Positions 1 through 12,400 of a stretch of DNA of 64,000 nucleotides are shown in pieces (within the stretch, counting starts at the first letter, position 1; every line of letters starts with the position of its first letter). Source of the stretch: Klebsormidium nitens (Eukaryota; Plantae; Klebsormidiophyceae); contig DF237237.1 of NCBI GenBank assembly GCA_000708835.1, forward strand, positions 46,751 through 110,750, given 5' to 3'. The position numbers and the translations under genes are program-made. Under the pieces are notes generated by a model. The model had not been told where the DNA came from. It did no database searches and saw only the letters and a program-made list of their open reading frames with translations.

Positions 1-2279
1 GCTCCCCGCATGTTGGCATATTTTCTTGCCCTCACCCGCTTCCCAATGAATTTGGTCAGCTTCATTGAGTCCACCCGTGGTTTTCGTTGCTGCATGCCGC
101 CATCTTTTGAGAAATGCAGTGGCACTTCGGCATGAGCCCGTAGTGACTGCAAAAGAGAAGGAGCATCGATCAAACTATGTATAGAACCATTTGAGTATGT
201 CCCGCAATATGAAGTCAGGACTTTCTCCTCGACTTCCTTCTCGACTTCCTCCGACTTTAGGACACAAGCAAAGTGCGAGAGAGCAGATTCAATGGCTACA
301 TACAGGGTTGTCTTTGCTGGACAAGAGTGACAAGCCAGGAGCAAGATGACTCACTGCTGTGGAGTCCCAAGGGAGTTCTACCGTTCCTCGGTACTCAACC
401 CGCGGTCTTTCATGTTGCCCCTGTGGCTGTACTCTGACCTGTCCGAGAACAAACTCTCAAGCTCACAGGTCGGTTTTGCCACCACAGCTTCTAGAAATAT
501 CGTCAGATAGGTATTGTCTGCAGTTTTCAGTAAACAGCTTGGAAAACGACCTTACAACACATCAACGCAGCTGACTCCTCTGCAAAAGCACCATACTGAA
601 CTTTCAAGGCCTAAAGAAAGGGCACCAAGCAAGAGGGCCCAGAGCGACAAAGGCAGGCACCTCACCAGACTTCTGTGCTTCCAGCCCAGCTGGAGACCAG
701 CGTGGGGGAAACAACAGGGGCCCTTGTCGCCTCGCTGCAAGGTCGCAACTCTAGAATGTTACCCAAAAACGCTATGAGCGACGCTGTATCTGCCAAGCAA
801 GCAAACTTCACATGAGCGCAGGGCGCACAGAGTGGGTGTTAAGATGCATCTGGGGGCGTTCGTGGGCAGGGCCCCACCTGGAGGGTGAGCCCCAGAGTGA
901 GGTACGAGTGGGCTGCAATGCGGACGTCTCGCTGGATGGTCACCTTTGACTCCGGCAGGATCTCGATAGTGGGCCGCAGGCCTGCACAGACCACAGGTTG
1001 GCAGCTCGACACGTGGGGCAACCATGACAGGGTCAACGCCATTGATGCTGTCTGCTAATCACACACACTTGTCGCCTCGCAAGCTTCAAAACGTAACGCT
1101 GCTTTCTGGATCAGCAATTCTTATCACAACAAGCTTGGACTTCCATGGCTTCCAAGCAAGATTGGCCGATGCTGGACCACTTTGCAATGCACCATATTGA
1201 CTTCCCACTCCCCTCACCAAGCGAACCACCCAATGGGCTCAGTATCTTGACCTTGGCGGCTGGAGTCACCCACGAGATGGTTGGGACTGATTTCGATGGG
1301 GGGTGCCTGGGCCGTGAGCCCATGTGTGGCAGCGCTGCAGCCCCCTTGAGCCCCACCAGAAATGAGACGGGGATGAACGGCCAGCGCCAGTGAGCATCAT
1401 CGCCTGCAATTTCCACAGCACCCGTCGATGTTTGCTGGAGTGTACAGCTAAAGACGCTGGCGTGCAGGAGCGGAGCAAGTTGGGATGCAAGAGGCTGCGC
1501 AGGACGGCCACGGGCAGCAAACTAAGGACAAGAGCGGTTCATGCGGGCGCTTATAAACCACAACTGGCTTCAAAGCCCAAAGACAACAAAGCGATGTACG
1601 CCGCAGAAGCTATCTGACTCACTTAAGCCTAGGACATGAGGAAGCGCCAATGCTTTGTAGGCTTTGAATTGCAGCTCCCGGCGGTCACAACCCTCAATGC
1701 TCTGCGCCTTGAGGCCTACTTTCCATCTAAAGTCCTGCGGTTCAAGACATCGGGTGGCCCGGGGAGGAGTCAGCAATGAGGGTTCCCCGAAAACCAGCCC
1801 AACAGGTTGATGCAACTGCCCAAGCTCCAGGCTGGCCGTTTGAAACTTGACACATGCAAATGCTCGTTTCAGAGCGGCTGCGACATCAGAACGGGATTTT
1901 TGTTGCTTGCTTGCACACATACACGGCACTCGGAAATGCTGCCTCACCATGCCGGGGACCTTGTGGCGCAGGGGCAGGCGGTACACCTTGATGGGGGGGT
2001 GCGCAGGCTGGCCGGCCTCCATCTCTTGCGGGGCTGCCTGCCTCTCGGGGCTGTCAAAGCAGCGCGGCGCAATGCAGTACCCCTCCCAAGGGAAAGCACC
2101 CTCCCCCCCATTGTCGGAGTCCGTGCTCTCAGCCTCATCAACTGTTGCCTGCAACCAGCGAGGAAGATGCCAGAGCTGCCTCCAAAGAGACATCATTTCT
2201 GAATTGGCATTTTTTCCTGTTGAATGCGAATTCTTTTTCACGGGCGCGGACGCCCTATCCTACCTTATGTCGTGTACCG
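1..2279 (-). CDS. Hypothetical multi-exon protein, partial at both ends, beta-strand-rich, function unknown
   Basis: Phase-consistent GT-AG exon chain on minus: (gap)-2264, 2148-1948, 1734-1623, 1403-1218, 981-878, 734-666, 438-355, 146-<1. It gives one open frame (ATVDEAES...VPGM/DFRWKVGLKAQ...HVLGL/SDDAHWRWPF...GGSL/GLRPTIE...LTLQ/RGDKG...HRSL/VRVQ...WDSTA/SLRAHAEVPL...). The start codon is lost in the N gap. No family recognised. Confidence 0.6.
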
Positions 2280-2299
2280 NNNNNNNNNNNNNNNNNNNN
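2280..2299. other. Assembly gap (20 N)
   Basis: Run of N; true size unknown. Confidence 1.
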
Positions 2300-2639
2300 C
2301 TACCATACCTTAAGAGTTTAAGAGTTTAAGCTGATTCCTGACTTTGCCTGTCAGTGTGATACCTAGTGTGTTAGGCGCGCGGCCGCCCGACGGCAGCGGC
2401 CGCCCCGGGCCCGGCACATGCCGCGGCGCGGCGCGCGAACTCTACGCGTGGAGTCTGGACTGTGAGGTCTCAGGTGTCCGAGGACTCGACTCTCGAGTCT
2501 CGGACCAACCGGGGACCGCCGCGCCAGAATGTGCGGCATCATGAAGTTCGAATGTTCGACCGTCTGCGCCGCGTCAGGATTGCGAGAGGCTGGAGCGGGC
2601 CTCCGCGACGCTTCGCCTTCCTACATTATGCACTCCGAG

Positions 2640-3110
2640 TCCTGGAGAACTACTACCTACCTAGTACCTTCTACGGTACCTATCATACCGTACCCTGTAG
2701 GCAGTGGGCACCATTTGCCTACCGTACTTCATAGCAAACCCACGTACCGTACCAGCGTTTAATTTCGTCGGTCTTGTTGCCAAACAATTAATTACGAATC
2801 GATCTGACATTTCGGCGGAGTATTTTATATTTTTCTGACATTTCGAAAAAGTAGCATTCCCCTGCTAAAACTAAGCATTACCAGCCTTTACCGCCCGTAC
2901 ATCCTATCCGACCTTTTCGTCATCGAAGAAAAATATTTTCCAAAATATTCGGCAGCCCAAATAAGTATTTAATTAAAAACGAAATTAAACGCTGGTACGG
3001 TATGTACCTACCAAAGTTTGTATGTACCTACGTAGTATGGTATCTAGTATGTATCGGTACCAGTACGTTCCGACCTAGAGGCTACGTGTAGGTATACCGT
3101 ATTACGTGAA
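2640..3110. repeat. GTAC/TACC/CTAG-rich low-complexity tract flanking both sides of MITE 1
   Basis: Dense short palindromes (GTAC, GGTACC, TACGTA, CTAG) at about 2640-2746 and 3001-3110. Confidence 0.7.
2747..3000. mobile_element. MITE 1 (254 bp), Tc1/mariner-pogo-like: 22-bp perfect TIR, TA target duplication
   Basis: CCGTACCAGCGTTTAATTTCGT at 2747-2768 is the exact reverse complement of 2979-3000. TA lies at 2745-2746 and 3001-3002. The interior is AT-rich and non-coding. Confidence 0.85.
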
Positions 3111-3462
3111 GCTTTCCAGTGTCAGTGTCACATGACCACTCCAGTGACTCCACCATGAAGTGAACCATATTCGTTCAGCTCGTCGCCGAACGTACAGCAG
3201 TCCAAGCGCTGTCTATGAAGACACTGCGAATGCAGGTCCTTTTGAAACCTCTCAGACATTGAAGAGACGCTGATTGCCATTCTTACAGGTGGTAGACCTT
3301 TCAACTCTCTGATTAAGGCACGGGGACTGTATACCTACTAACGCCGCATCTTCAGCTGATAGGAAGATCAGCACCCCGGCCGACCTCAGCTCAAAGCTGG
3401 CTCCTTGCCGCGTCATGCCAGGCTTGGGGCGGTGACTCATGTGCTTGAAGTCCTCGAGCAGA

Positions 3463-6400
3463 ATGGCGGACAGGCGGAGTGCTCAGCTCTTCGGTGTCAT
3501 ACCCTTGCAGCTGCTGCTAATCCTGACCGTTGGGACGACTGGTGAGTGAAGTCTTTGGACTCGGCAGCAGAAGGCTGCCACTAGTTCTTTGCAGCTTCTA
3601 TGTATTGTAGACAATTCATATGTGTACTGAGCATCGAACGAGGAAGTGCACAAGAAATCATATGGGAGCATGAGCTAGATTCGTTCCACCCAAACAAATC
3701 ATCATCGCTTATCTAGGGACGTTTTCACATTTCTGCAGGAGTACTTGGCCAGCCCTGGGGTGATGCCATCTACAGCCAAACTTTTGATTCGGGCTTGGGG
3801 ACATGGAAAGTGGTTGGCATAACAGCTGAAGCGATTGCACAGTACGGCGTGAATGGCAACGTGTACAGTAACACTGGAACTTCAGCAACGCCCACCTACA
3901 GTTCCAGTGGCGGAAATAGTGGTGGCTTTATGGCCGCCTCCGATCCTGACGCCCCAACGTATGGCATCGATGGGATATATACTGGGGTCAACAGTACTCA
4001 GGAAGCTGACTTCTACTCTTTTGATGCTGGCGCTGATTTTGCTCCTACTTCGGGGGGCACAGCATCAGGCTGGCCCACAAGAGCGTATGAAGGCGTCTTG
4101 CAATTTGATTACAGGTTGAATGCTTCACCAGAGCTTCGGGCATACGCTGTTGCTCCTGGAAGAGTTTACCTGAGGGGCATCTCGTCGAACAACATTTCGT
4201 TCCCGTGGCCAGCAGCGGTAACCCAGCCCTGGCCAACATCAGCTTGGCAAACAATGACAATCTATCTGAGTGAGCAGGCTGGCTGGACCATGCAAACCCT
4301 CAGTGGCCCCAGCCAGAGCATACCAACACAAACGCAATTCAAAAGTGTCTTATCCCGCGTTACAAGTCTTCGATTACCCGGAGACTGGCTGCAAACTACG
4401 CTGAACGGGGCAAATCTATTGGATACCTCACAGATCGACAACGTCTACGTACGACAAGGTAATGCGAGCTTGTCAGGCAATCAACAAGTTGGTCCTTGAA
4501 AACCCTCTGATGGAGTCCTGCTTTTGACCAAAAGAGCAATTTTTTTAAATGCACCCAAGAGATGATTTTCTGATAGGTCAGCTGCCGATTGTTGCTGACT
4601 TTCATATCAAGTGCTGCTCCATGGTTCTGACCGGTTGAAGCCGTCTTGGGTTGCAGCTATTGAAAGTCCTTCGAGGTGCACACTGTCAGCATCAGGAGGA
4701 ACAGCTGGGGCAACTTTGACAGCGACATTGACAGCAAGATCGTACTATGGGGCGGTGCTAACAACTCAGGACACTTACAACCGATGGCAAATATCTTTCA
4801 CCTACCCGAATGGTTCAGCCGCGACCACCGTTGGCTCATTGACCTGGCTTGACTCCGGTGGAAGATACAGTTTCACCTACAGCTCCAACATCAGTGGTAC
4901 CCACCTGATGGTCGTTACATGGAATGGAGTACCCATCAGCGGCATGCCTCTGTCGGTGCCCATCTCACCTGGTAAGTTTCTTGCAAGCAGGCCACTGATT
5001 CTCAGGCCAGGCCAAAATGCTCGTCACAAGAGGCTGTGTACATGGTGTTCAAAAACGGTGCTTATTCAAGCAGTTTGTCTGAAAAACCTGAACCACTAAT
5101 TCTTGTTGTACCTGCAGATGCTATCTCTGCACCAAATTGTCTGGTTTTTGGAGCTGGCCTCTATCAGGCAATCGCCGGAGTGCAAAGTGCTATCTTCGTA
5201 CAAGCTGCAGACAAGTACAACAATGTGTACACGACAGGGGACACAAGCACCGCTGGGTTGCTCGGCTTGACTTTCAGTGGGCCAGCCACTTTATCATCGT
5301 TGAGTGCCTCCTATGTCAGCAATGGGACATACTCCGTTCCCTATATAGCTCTGACAGCGACCACGAACTCTGGCACAAACTACTCGATTGTCGTCAAGTT
5401 ACTTAACGCCCGGATAGGATCATACGCGAACACTCTGCAAGTTCTCCCAGGTATGCTTCTACCATTGCAAGTCGTGTTGCCAAACTACTAGTGTGAGTGG
5501 TCCATGAGGTCTCAGGCATTTGATAAACACTTCCTCGTACTCTTAGAGGAAGGAATCTGGCAAAGATTCTTTTCTTGACGTGACTCCGATAGAAGTAATT
5601 GATGTCTTTATTTTGCCTAAGTATGGCCCTCTCGTATGTTCCAGGACCAACCGCTGTGGACAGCGACAACGGTAAAGGTTGCCTTGCATCCGGCAGTGGG
5701 CTTTCAGCATCAACCGTGGGCACTATCACAACCTTCCAGATCTACGCTAGAGATGCCTACAACAATTTGCAAGTTTCTACTACCGACACGTTTACAGTGA
5801 AGATGACGGGTCAAGACGGTCTTACAGTAACCGGCATAAACATCACGAACTCGTCTCCGGGAATATATAATGTTCAATACATGACCACGGTTGCTATGGA
5901 CTACAACGTCAGTGTCTTCTTTGGTGGATCGAGAGTATTGGGCACTCAACCTTATGGTAGGACTCTAACGGTATCGCCAGGTGAGTTATCCAATGAGGCA
6001 GTCCTGTGAGCACTGTCATCCGTTCAGGCTTAATCTTATTCAATTGGTGGTCCTGAAAGAGCTGGTTCAGGTCGATAATTTCCAGCATGCAGCCTTCTAC
6101 TTCTGCAAGACACCGGCCCTCTTGACCGTCAAGACGTTTGCGTTTTGTACGTGCAGGCTCGGTCAGTGTACCCACTTCTCAAGCTGTTTGGACCAGTGGC
6201 CGTCCAGCAACATTCACAGCCGGGGCAACTCCAATCATAGTCGGCATCGTTCCGTACGACTCTTTTGGAAATACAATCGTATCTGAGAACGTTCCTGCCG
6301 GAACATTCACCGCTTATTATTACTCACAGAGCGACTCCGCAACTAACGTCAGCGCTCGCACCGGAGTGCAAGTCAGCAACCTGGGGGTGAATTTCAACAT

Positions 6401-9400
6401 TATTCGAGCTGGTCTTTACTGGCTAAAGATCGGTAACGGAAGCAACGACATTATTGGTTCTCCAATTTCCATCAAAATGGACGCTGGTGAGGATGACTCA
6501 CCGATTTGGTTTCCCTGCCCCGCTGAAGAATTTGAGCCGACTCAAGGTTTACTCTGTTTTGTCTGAAACGTCCAATCAATTCGTTCCCAAGTCAACGGTT
6601 CGTTTTTCAGGCGATGACAGATTGCGGGAAACCTTGCCGGTCACATTGACGATTGATCCAATAACAAATTTGAAAAGCTCACATGTGAAAAACGTGGCTC
6701 GTTTTATTTCGATGCAGGCGAAATAAGCTTGAGCACGAGCTCCATATCACCTGACTGCCCCTATACTGCGCAAGCTGGAAGTATCATCAAATTTTCGATT
6801 TTGGCACGAGACCAATATAGCAATCCCGTGCCAATGGATGGCGTACCGGGCGTAGCAGCATCCGTCGACGGGCCAGTCAGTGTGAATCTGACGATCACCC
6901 AGGATCCCAACTTTGCCGGCAACTATCTAGCTCAGATTAACGCAACAGTAGCTGGGATCTACATACTACGCGTTATTGCTTCTGGACAAGCTCTTCCAAT
7001 CGATCCAAACACCGTCTCGATCCTCCCAGGTAAACATTTTAACATGTTTTTGAAACACGTGTTCGGGACTTTTGTCGGAAGGCTTCTCAGCTGAGCTTAT
7101 GTGAGTGTTTATTTCTTGGTCTCGAAGACGAGCACTTCAACTCGCAACTCTTGAGGGCTTGTGGCTCTGCGAAGCAGAAAGTCTGAAACGTGAGAGCTGG
7201 TACCTCTTTGAACGTCTTTTGCTTGACATCGACTACAAGGCTCGGAGCAAACGGGTTGATGTAGTACCATTCGTTGTCACTCTCGTAGGCAGTCTCGACG
7301 CTGTGTGATCCGCATTGCTAGTACCTTACGTAAAGACAAGGATGTTCTCTGGGAGTAGAACCGCGCAAAATGAACGGTGAATTTTCTGGGCACTGACGCT
7401 GCTTCTGCTTCTTCATTGCAGCCGCGGTGAATCCATCTAACTGCGTCGCTTCTGGAAACGTCCTGGGGAGCACAATAGTGCAGACGCCATTAAGCGTCAC
7501 TATACAAAGCAAGGACTCTTGGAATAATAGTGTGACTAGTGGAGGCACCAACTACACATTCGTATCGTCTCCGCTGATGGCGTCCTGGGCATTTCTAGAT
7601 AATCAGGACGGAACGGTGACCCTCTCGTATACACCGGTTGTCTCGGGACAATATGTAATGCGAATCCTACAAGGAGGAGGACAAATTCCAGGCAGCCCTT
7701 TTATGGGACTCTACGTAGAGCCGGGTGAGGAGATCACTGGCCAGCAAGTTGTGCAAATACGACTGATTACCATATTCAGCTGGTTGATCGCCTCATCTTT
7801 TGTGAGCTTGATTCTTTGAAGAAAATGGTTTGGGTGCCTTGCTTCGGCAGGAAGGTCGGAGTTATTGCCCTGTGATGGACTCTGAAGTGATTTTGGTTGT
7901 TTCTCATTGCAGGATTCGTCGATCATAATTATGTCTATGGGGCCGGGGCTACTGCAGCTATTGCGAGCCAGACGACCTACTACTACGTCAAAGTTGTTGA
8001 TCAATGGAATAATCCATCCACCCGATTCAGCGACGCCAATAACGACGTAGACCCGAACGTAGCCACTGACCCCGATTCTATATGTTCATACTTCTCAATC
8101 TCCTTCTACTACGGCAACTTCAACACCGACGACTACCCGGGTGCCCCTGACAGCGTTACACCGACGGGAAATCTTGCGGAGTGTCTTGTCACCTATACCT
8201 TAACAGTTGCTGGAACTTATCAGAACTACATCTCGAACAACTATGCGGGCGGCTACCTTCTGTTGAATCTGATAGTCTCTCCAGGTGCGTTTGAGGATCC
8301 CAACTTACGTTACATACTTGTCAACGAGATAATCCACCAAGTTATTAGTCGTAATTTGGTGCTTATGTAATGCAAGCGGATTGCTTAGGTACTATAAAAC
8401 TCTCTTGTTTATTCAGTCTCTGGAGCTCGCATCTTCAACTTTCAGGGCTTGAATTATCCCGCTTCCTCTGGGTGCCATCCATAACCCCTGTATCTGACCA
8501 CAAAAGTAACTTTTTGTGCAATACTTTCTCGCATCTCAAAGCTATGACAGTGGAAGTATGTTTTATAAAGTTTCCTAATCTCCTTCCGTGGGGGTGGGGT
8601 TCCCTCTCGTCCAGTTCCTTCCCCTTCCCCCTCTCCATCCTTGTCACCGTCCCCTTCAAGAACCCCTTCACCTTCCCCTGCACCGTCATTGTCCCCCTCA
8701 CCATCACCCTCCCAATCATCAACACCTTCGACGTCTCCCTCCATCTCCCCGACCCCCTCTCCTTCCACGACCCCTGCGCCTTCTAGCAGCCCCTCAACCT
8801 CTCCTTCTCCCTCGCCTTCCCCTTCACCGTCGCACTCACCGATCCCTTCCACTTCTCCTTCTGTTTCGCCACTTCCTTCCTCCTCACCGTCCCCTTCCAC
8901 CACCCCCCCACCTTCTAGCAGCCCCTCTCGTTCCCCCTCTCCCTCTTCCACCCCCGCGGCATCCCCCTCCGCCTCCAGCTCGCCCGCCCCCTCCTCCTCG
9001 CCATCTCCTTCTCCCTCCGCGGCAGCGTCATCTAGCCCGTCCCCGTCTTCATCCTTCATTCCTCCATCACTTTCGCCCTCCCCCACCGCTTCCCCGTCAA
9101 GTTCTCCCTCCGCTTCACCCACCGCCTCTCCGTCCCCTTCCTCAATTCCTCCCTCGCCTTCAAGAAGTCCCTCTCCTTCTCCTTCTATCGCTGCCTCACC
9201 TTCAACCTCCCCAGCGGCCTCTCCTTCTAGTTCTTCCCCTGCATCTCCCAGCCCGTCACCGTCGTCTTCAGCTCTTTCCCCCTCCCCTTCCGCCTCCTCC
9301 TCCCCCGCTGCTTCGTCCTCTAGCTCGCCAGCACCCTCCTCCTCTCCTTCTCTGTCCCCCTCCCCTTCTCTGCCAGCCAGCCCTTCACCGTCCTCTTCGT

Positions 9401-12400
9401 CNNNNNNNNNNNNNNNNNNNNNNNNNNNNNNNNNNNNNNNNNNNNNNNNNNNNNNNNNNNNNNNNNNNNNNNNNNNNNNNNNNNNNNNNNNNNNNNNNNN
9501 NNNNNNNNNNNAGCCAGCCCTTCACCGTCCTCTTCGTATCTTCCCCCTTCCCCTTCCGCCTCGCCCTCCGCTGCTTCCGCTTCGAGCTCGCCAACGCCCT
9601 CCTCGTCCCCCTCCTCCTCCCCCTCTCTCTCTCCCTCGGCTGTTCCGCCAGCCAGCGCTTCGCCATCCTCTTCGTCTCTTCCCCCTTCCCCTTCCGCCTC
9701 CTCCTCCCCCTCTGTTTCCCCTTCTAGCTCGCCAGCACCCTCCTCCTCTCCCTCTCTTTCTCCCTCGCCTTTTCCGCCGGCCAGCGCTTCGCCATCGTCT
9801 TCCCCCGTTCCCGCTTCCCCTTCCGCCTCCTCGTCGCCTGCTGCTTCCCCTTCTAGCTCCCCCGTTCCCTCCTCCTCTCCTTCTCCCTCTCTTTCTCCTT
9901 CACCTTCTCTGCCGGCTAGCGCTTCTCCCTCAACTTCGGCCGTCCCCCCCTCGCCGTCGGCTTCAATCCCACCTTCCACTTCGCCGGCATCATCCCCATC
10001 CCCTTCGCCGCCTAGCATTCCTCCCTCAGCTTCTCCTTCTCCTTCGCAATCCCCCACAGCCTCTTCACTCCCTTCTGCTAGCCCGTCCCCTTCTAGCTCT
10101 CCCGCTTCGTCTCCTTCGCCCTCCCCTTCAAATCTCCCCGCTTCAGCCAGCCCGTCCCCGTCAGCATCCTCTGTTCCCCCTTCTCCGTCCGCAAGCCCTC
10201 TGGCCTCGCCTTTCCATTTGTCGTCACCCTCCCCCTTTCCTTCACCTTCCTCCTCCACCATTACCGCCCCATCACCGTCGCAGAGCACCTCACCGCCTTC
10301 TCCCAGCCCTTCTCCTTCTTCATCATCCAGCCCCGCTCCTTCGCCGCAGCCCACCCCTTCCAGCTCTCCTTCTCCCTCTCCTCCCCTCCCCCTCGGCCTC
10401 TCCGTCTCCTTCCTCCGTTGCCCCTCCCCAACCCCCCCACTGCCCTCCCCTTCCCCCGCCCCATCCCCACTGGCTGTCTCTCCTGCCGCTGCTCCCACAG
10501 GGACGGACGGCTACAAGTACTTGCCCACTGGGCCCGGCTTCACGGCCGCCGTGGCGGGCCAGACGGCCACCTTCCAGCTCAGCGCGCGCGACCTGTATGG
10601 CAACGCCGCCCCGCTGGGCGCTCTTAATCTGACGGCCTATTTTGTGCCCAACAACACTGTGGCCTTCAATATGAACGTCACGTCATCCACCGTCACCGTG
10701 ACGTACAAGATCAACGTAGCTGGCTCGTATAGTTTCCGGCTGCTGAGGAACGGAGGCAGCATTTACAACGGCACTCTCAACGGGCTCACCGTCAATCCTG
10801 GTAAGCGATGGCACCGTCAAAGACGCAGGTGGTTCCAACATATAAGATAAATTGGTACGACGGTTCTGGCAGAACGATGTCGAAACAATCAACAATCAAA
10901 TGCTTCAATTTATGTATCTTTAAAGTTCATCACTGTCTGCACAAATGGAACGCCGAAAGCTTCTCTTTTTATGTATCACTTGTCTTGCAGTGAACTGAAG
11001 GAGAGTTTGTTTTTGTCTGCGCAGCTGCGGCTTACGTGACCAAGTTCAGCGTTGCTGGCGCTGGGCTCAACACGACGATGGCGGGCACCGCGACGAGCTT
11101 CCAGATCCAGGCGCGCGACGTGTACGGCAACCTGGCGGCCGCGGACCAGACGCTGCTGGCGGCCCGCCTCGTGTCGAGCGCGGCAGCCGTGGTGCCGACC
11201 GTAACGGTGGTGGCCGGCTCTGTGGGGCTCTACAGCGCGGCGCTGACGGCCACCGTGGCGGGGCAGTACAACCTGTCCGTCACCTACAACGGAACGCTCA
11301 TTGCCGGAGCCACGAGCCCGCTGCTCAAAACAGTACTGCCCAGTAAGCCCACAGCAATCGGAAATGGTCTCCGATTGTTCTGCATCAAGTCGAGGGAAAA
11401 ACAAGCGTGTAGCATCTGCAGTTGACAGCTCCGCAGGGAAGAATTGAAAGACCACTTCACCGATGAAGGGATCTGAAGTGCCGTCTCGTATGAAAATCTG
11501 ACATTCTCGACTTCTTCTGCTGCTAGGCACGGTATCCGCCCGGCAATGCTTTGCATATGGGGCGGGCATTAGCGGGGGCCTAGCCGGCGCGAACCTGTCG
11601 TTCACGGTGCAAGCCGCGGACCAGTACGGCAACGCCATCACGAGCGGCACGTATCTGTTCTCGGCGGCCATCAGCCCCGCCGTCAGCAGCAGCCTCACGC
11701 TGACGGCCTCCGCGGCCGGGGTGGCGACGGGCAGCTACAGCATCTCGCAGGCCGGCACCTACACGCTCACGCTCGCGCTCAACGGGACCACCATCAACGG
11801 CGGACAGGCATACAGCATTGGCATCGGACCATGTGAGCAGACGGCGCTCGATCAGAGGGCATCACCCGATTCTGAATGCAACCACTCAAAGTCTTCCTGT
11901 CGGAGAACTTCTGCAAGAAGACGAACTGGGCGACTCCCGCCTTATTCATCAAGTCGATTCGCGTGAGTGTTTGAATCTGAAATACAAGGCATCGGCTTAA
12001 ATAGAGAGAACGTTTTGAACGGTCAATTTCAAAAGGGAGCTTCTCGGATTGTTTGTATGGTCAAACTTGTGCGACCTCCCAACAGAGCTGGCAGCTTGCA
12101 AACCAAAAGCCTGCCGCTCGCTTGAGGTACCAAGACTCATCCGGATATTCGTGCCTTTCGTTTCAGCTGCTGTGAGCCCCGCCCAGACGACTGTGAGCGG
12201 CGCGGGGCTGGCCAGCTCGGTGGCTGGCGTGGCGGGCGTGGTGGTGATCCAGGTGCGCGACCAGTACGGCAACACGCTGCAGGGCGAGCAGGCGCAGCTG
12301 TCGGTTGTGCTGCGCAGCCTCGCGGGCGGCAGCAACCTGACGGCTACGGTGACGGCGGTGGCGGGCAGCACGGGGCAGTACCAGGCTAGCCTGAGCCCCA

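Noticed and set aside
2311-2330. TAAGAGTT x2.5 next to the gap as a telomere seed
   Set aside because: Too short and does not match TTT(T)AGGG-type repeats.
8454-10498. Long Gly/Glu-rich minus-strand ORFs (8454-9122, 9320-10498) and the Pro/Leu/Arg-rich plus ORF 8588-9727
   Set aside because: They are shadow frames of the Ser/Pro repeat. Only the SP frame joins the flanking phase-1 splice sites.
10491-10502. CCCACAG|GG as a phase-1 acceptor starting filamin repeat 8 on its own exon
   Set aside because: No plausible upstream donor was found in the pyrimidine-rich shaft and the frame is open through it, so it is treated as one exon.
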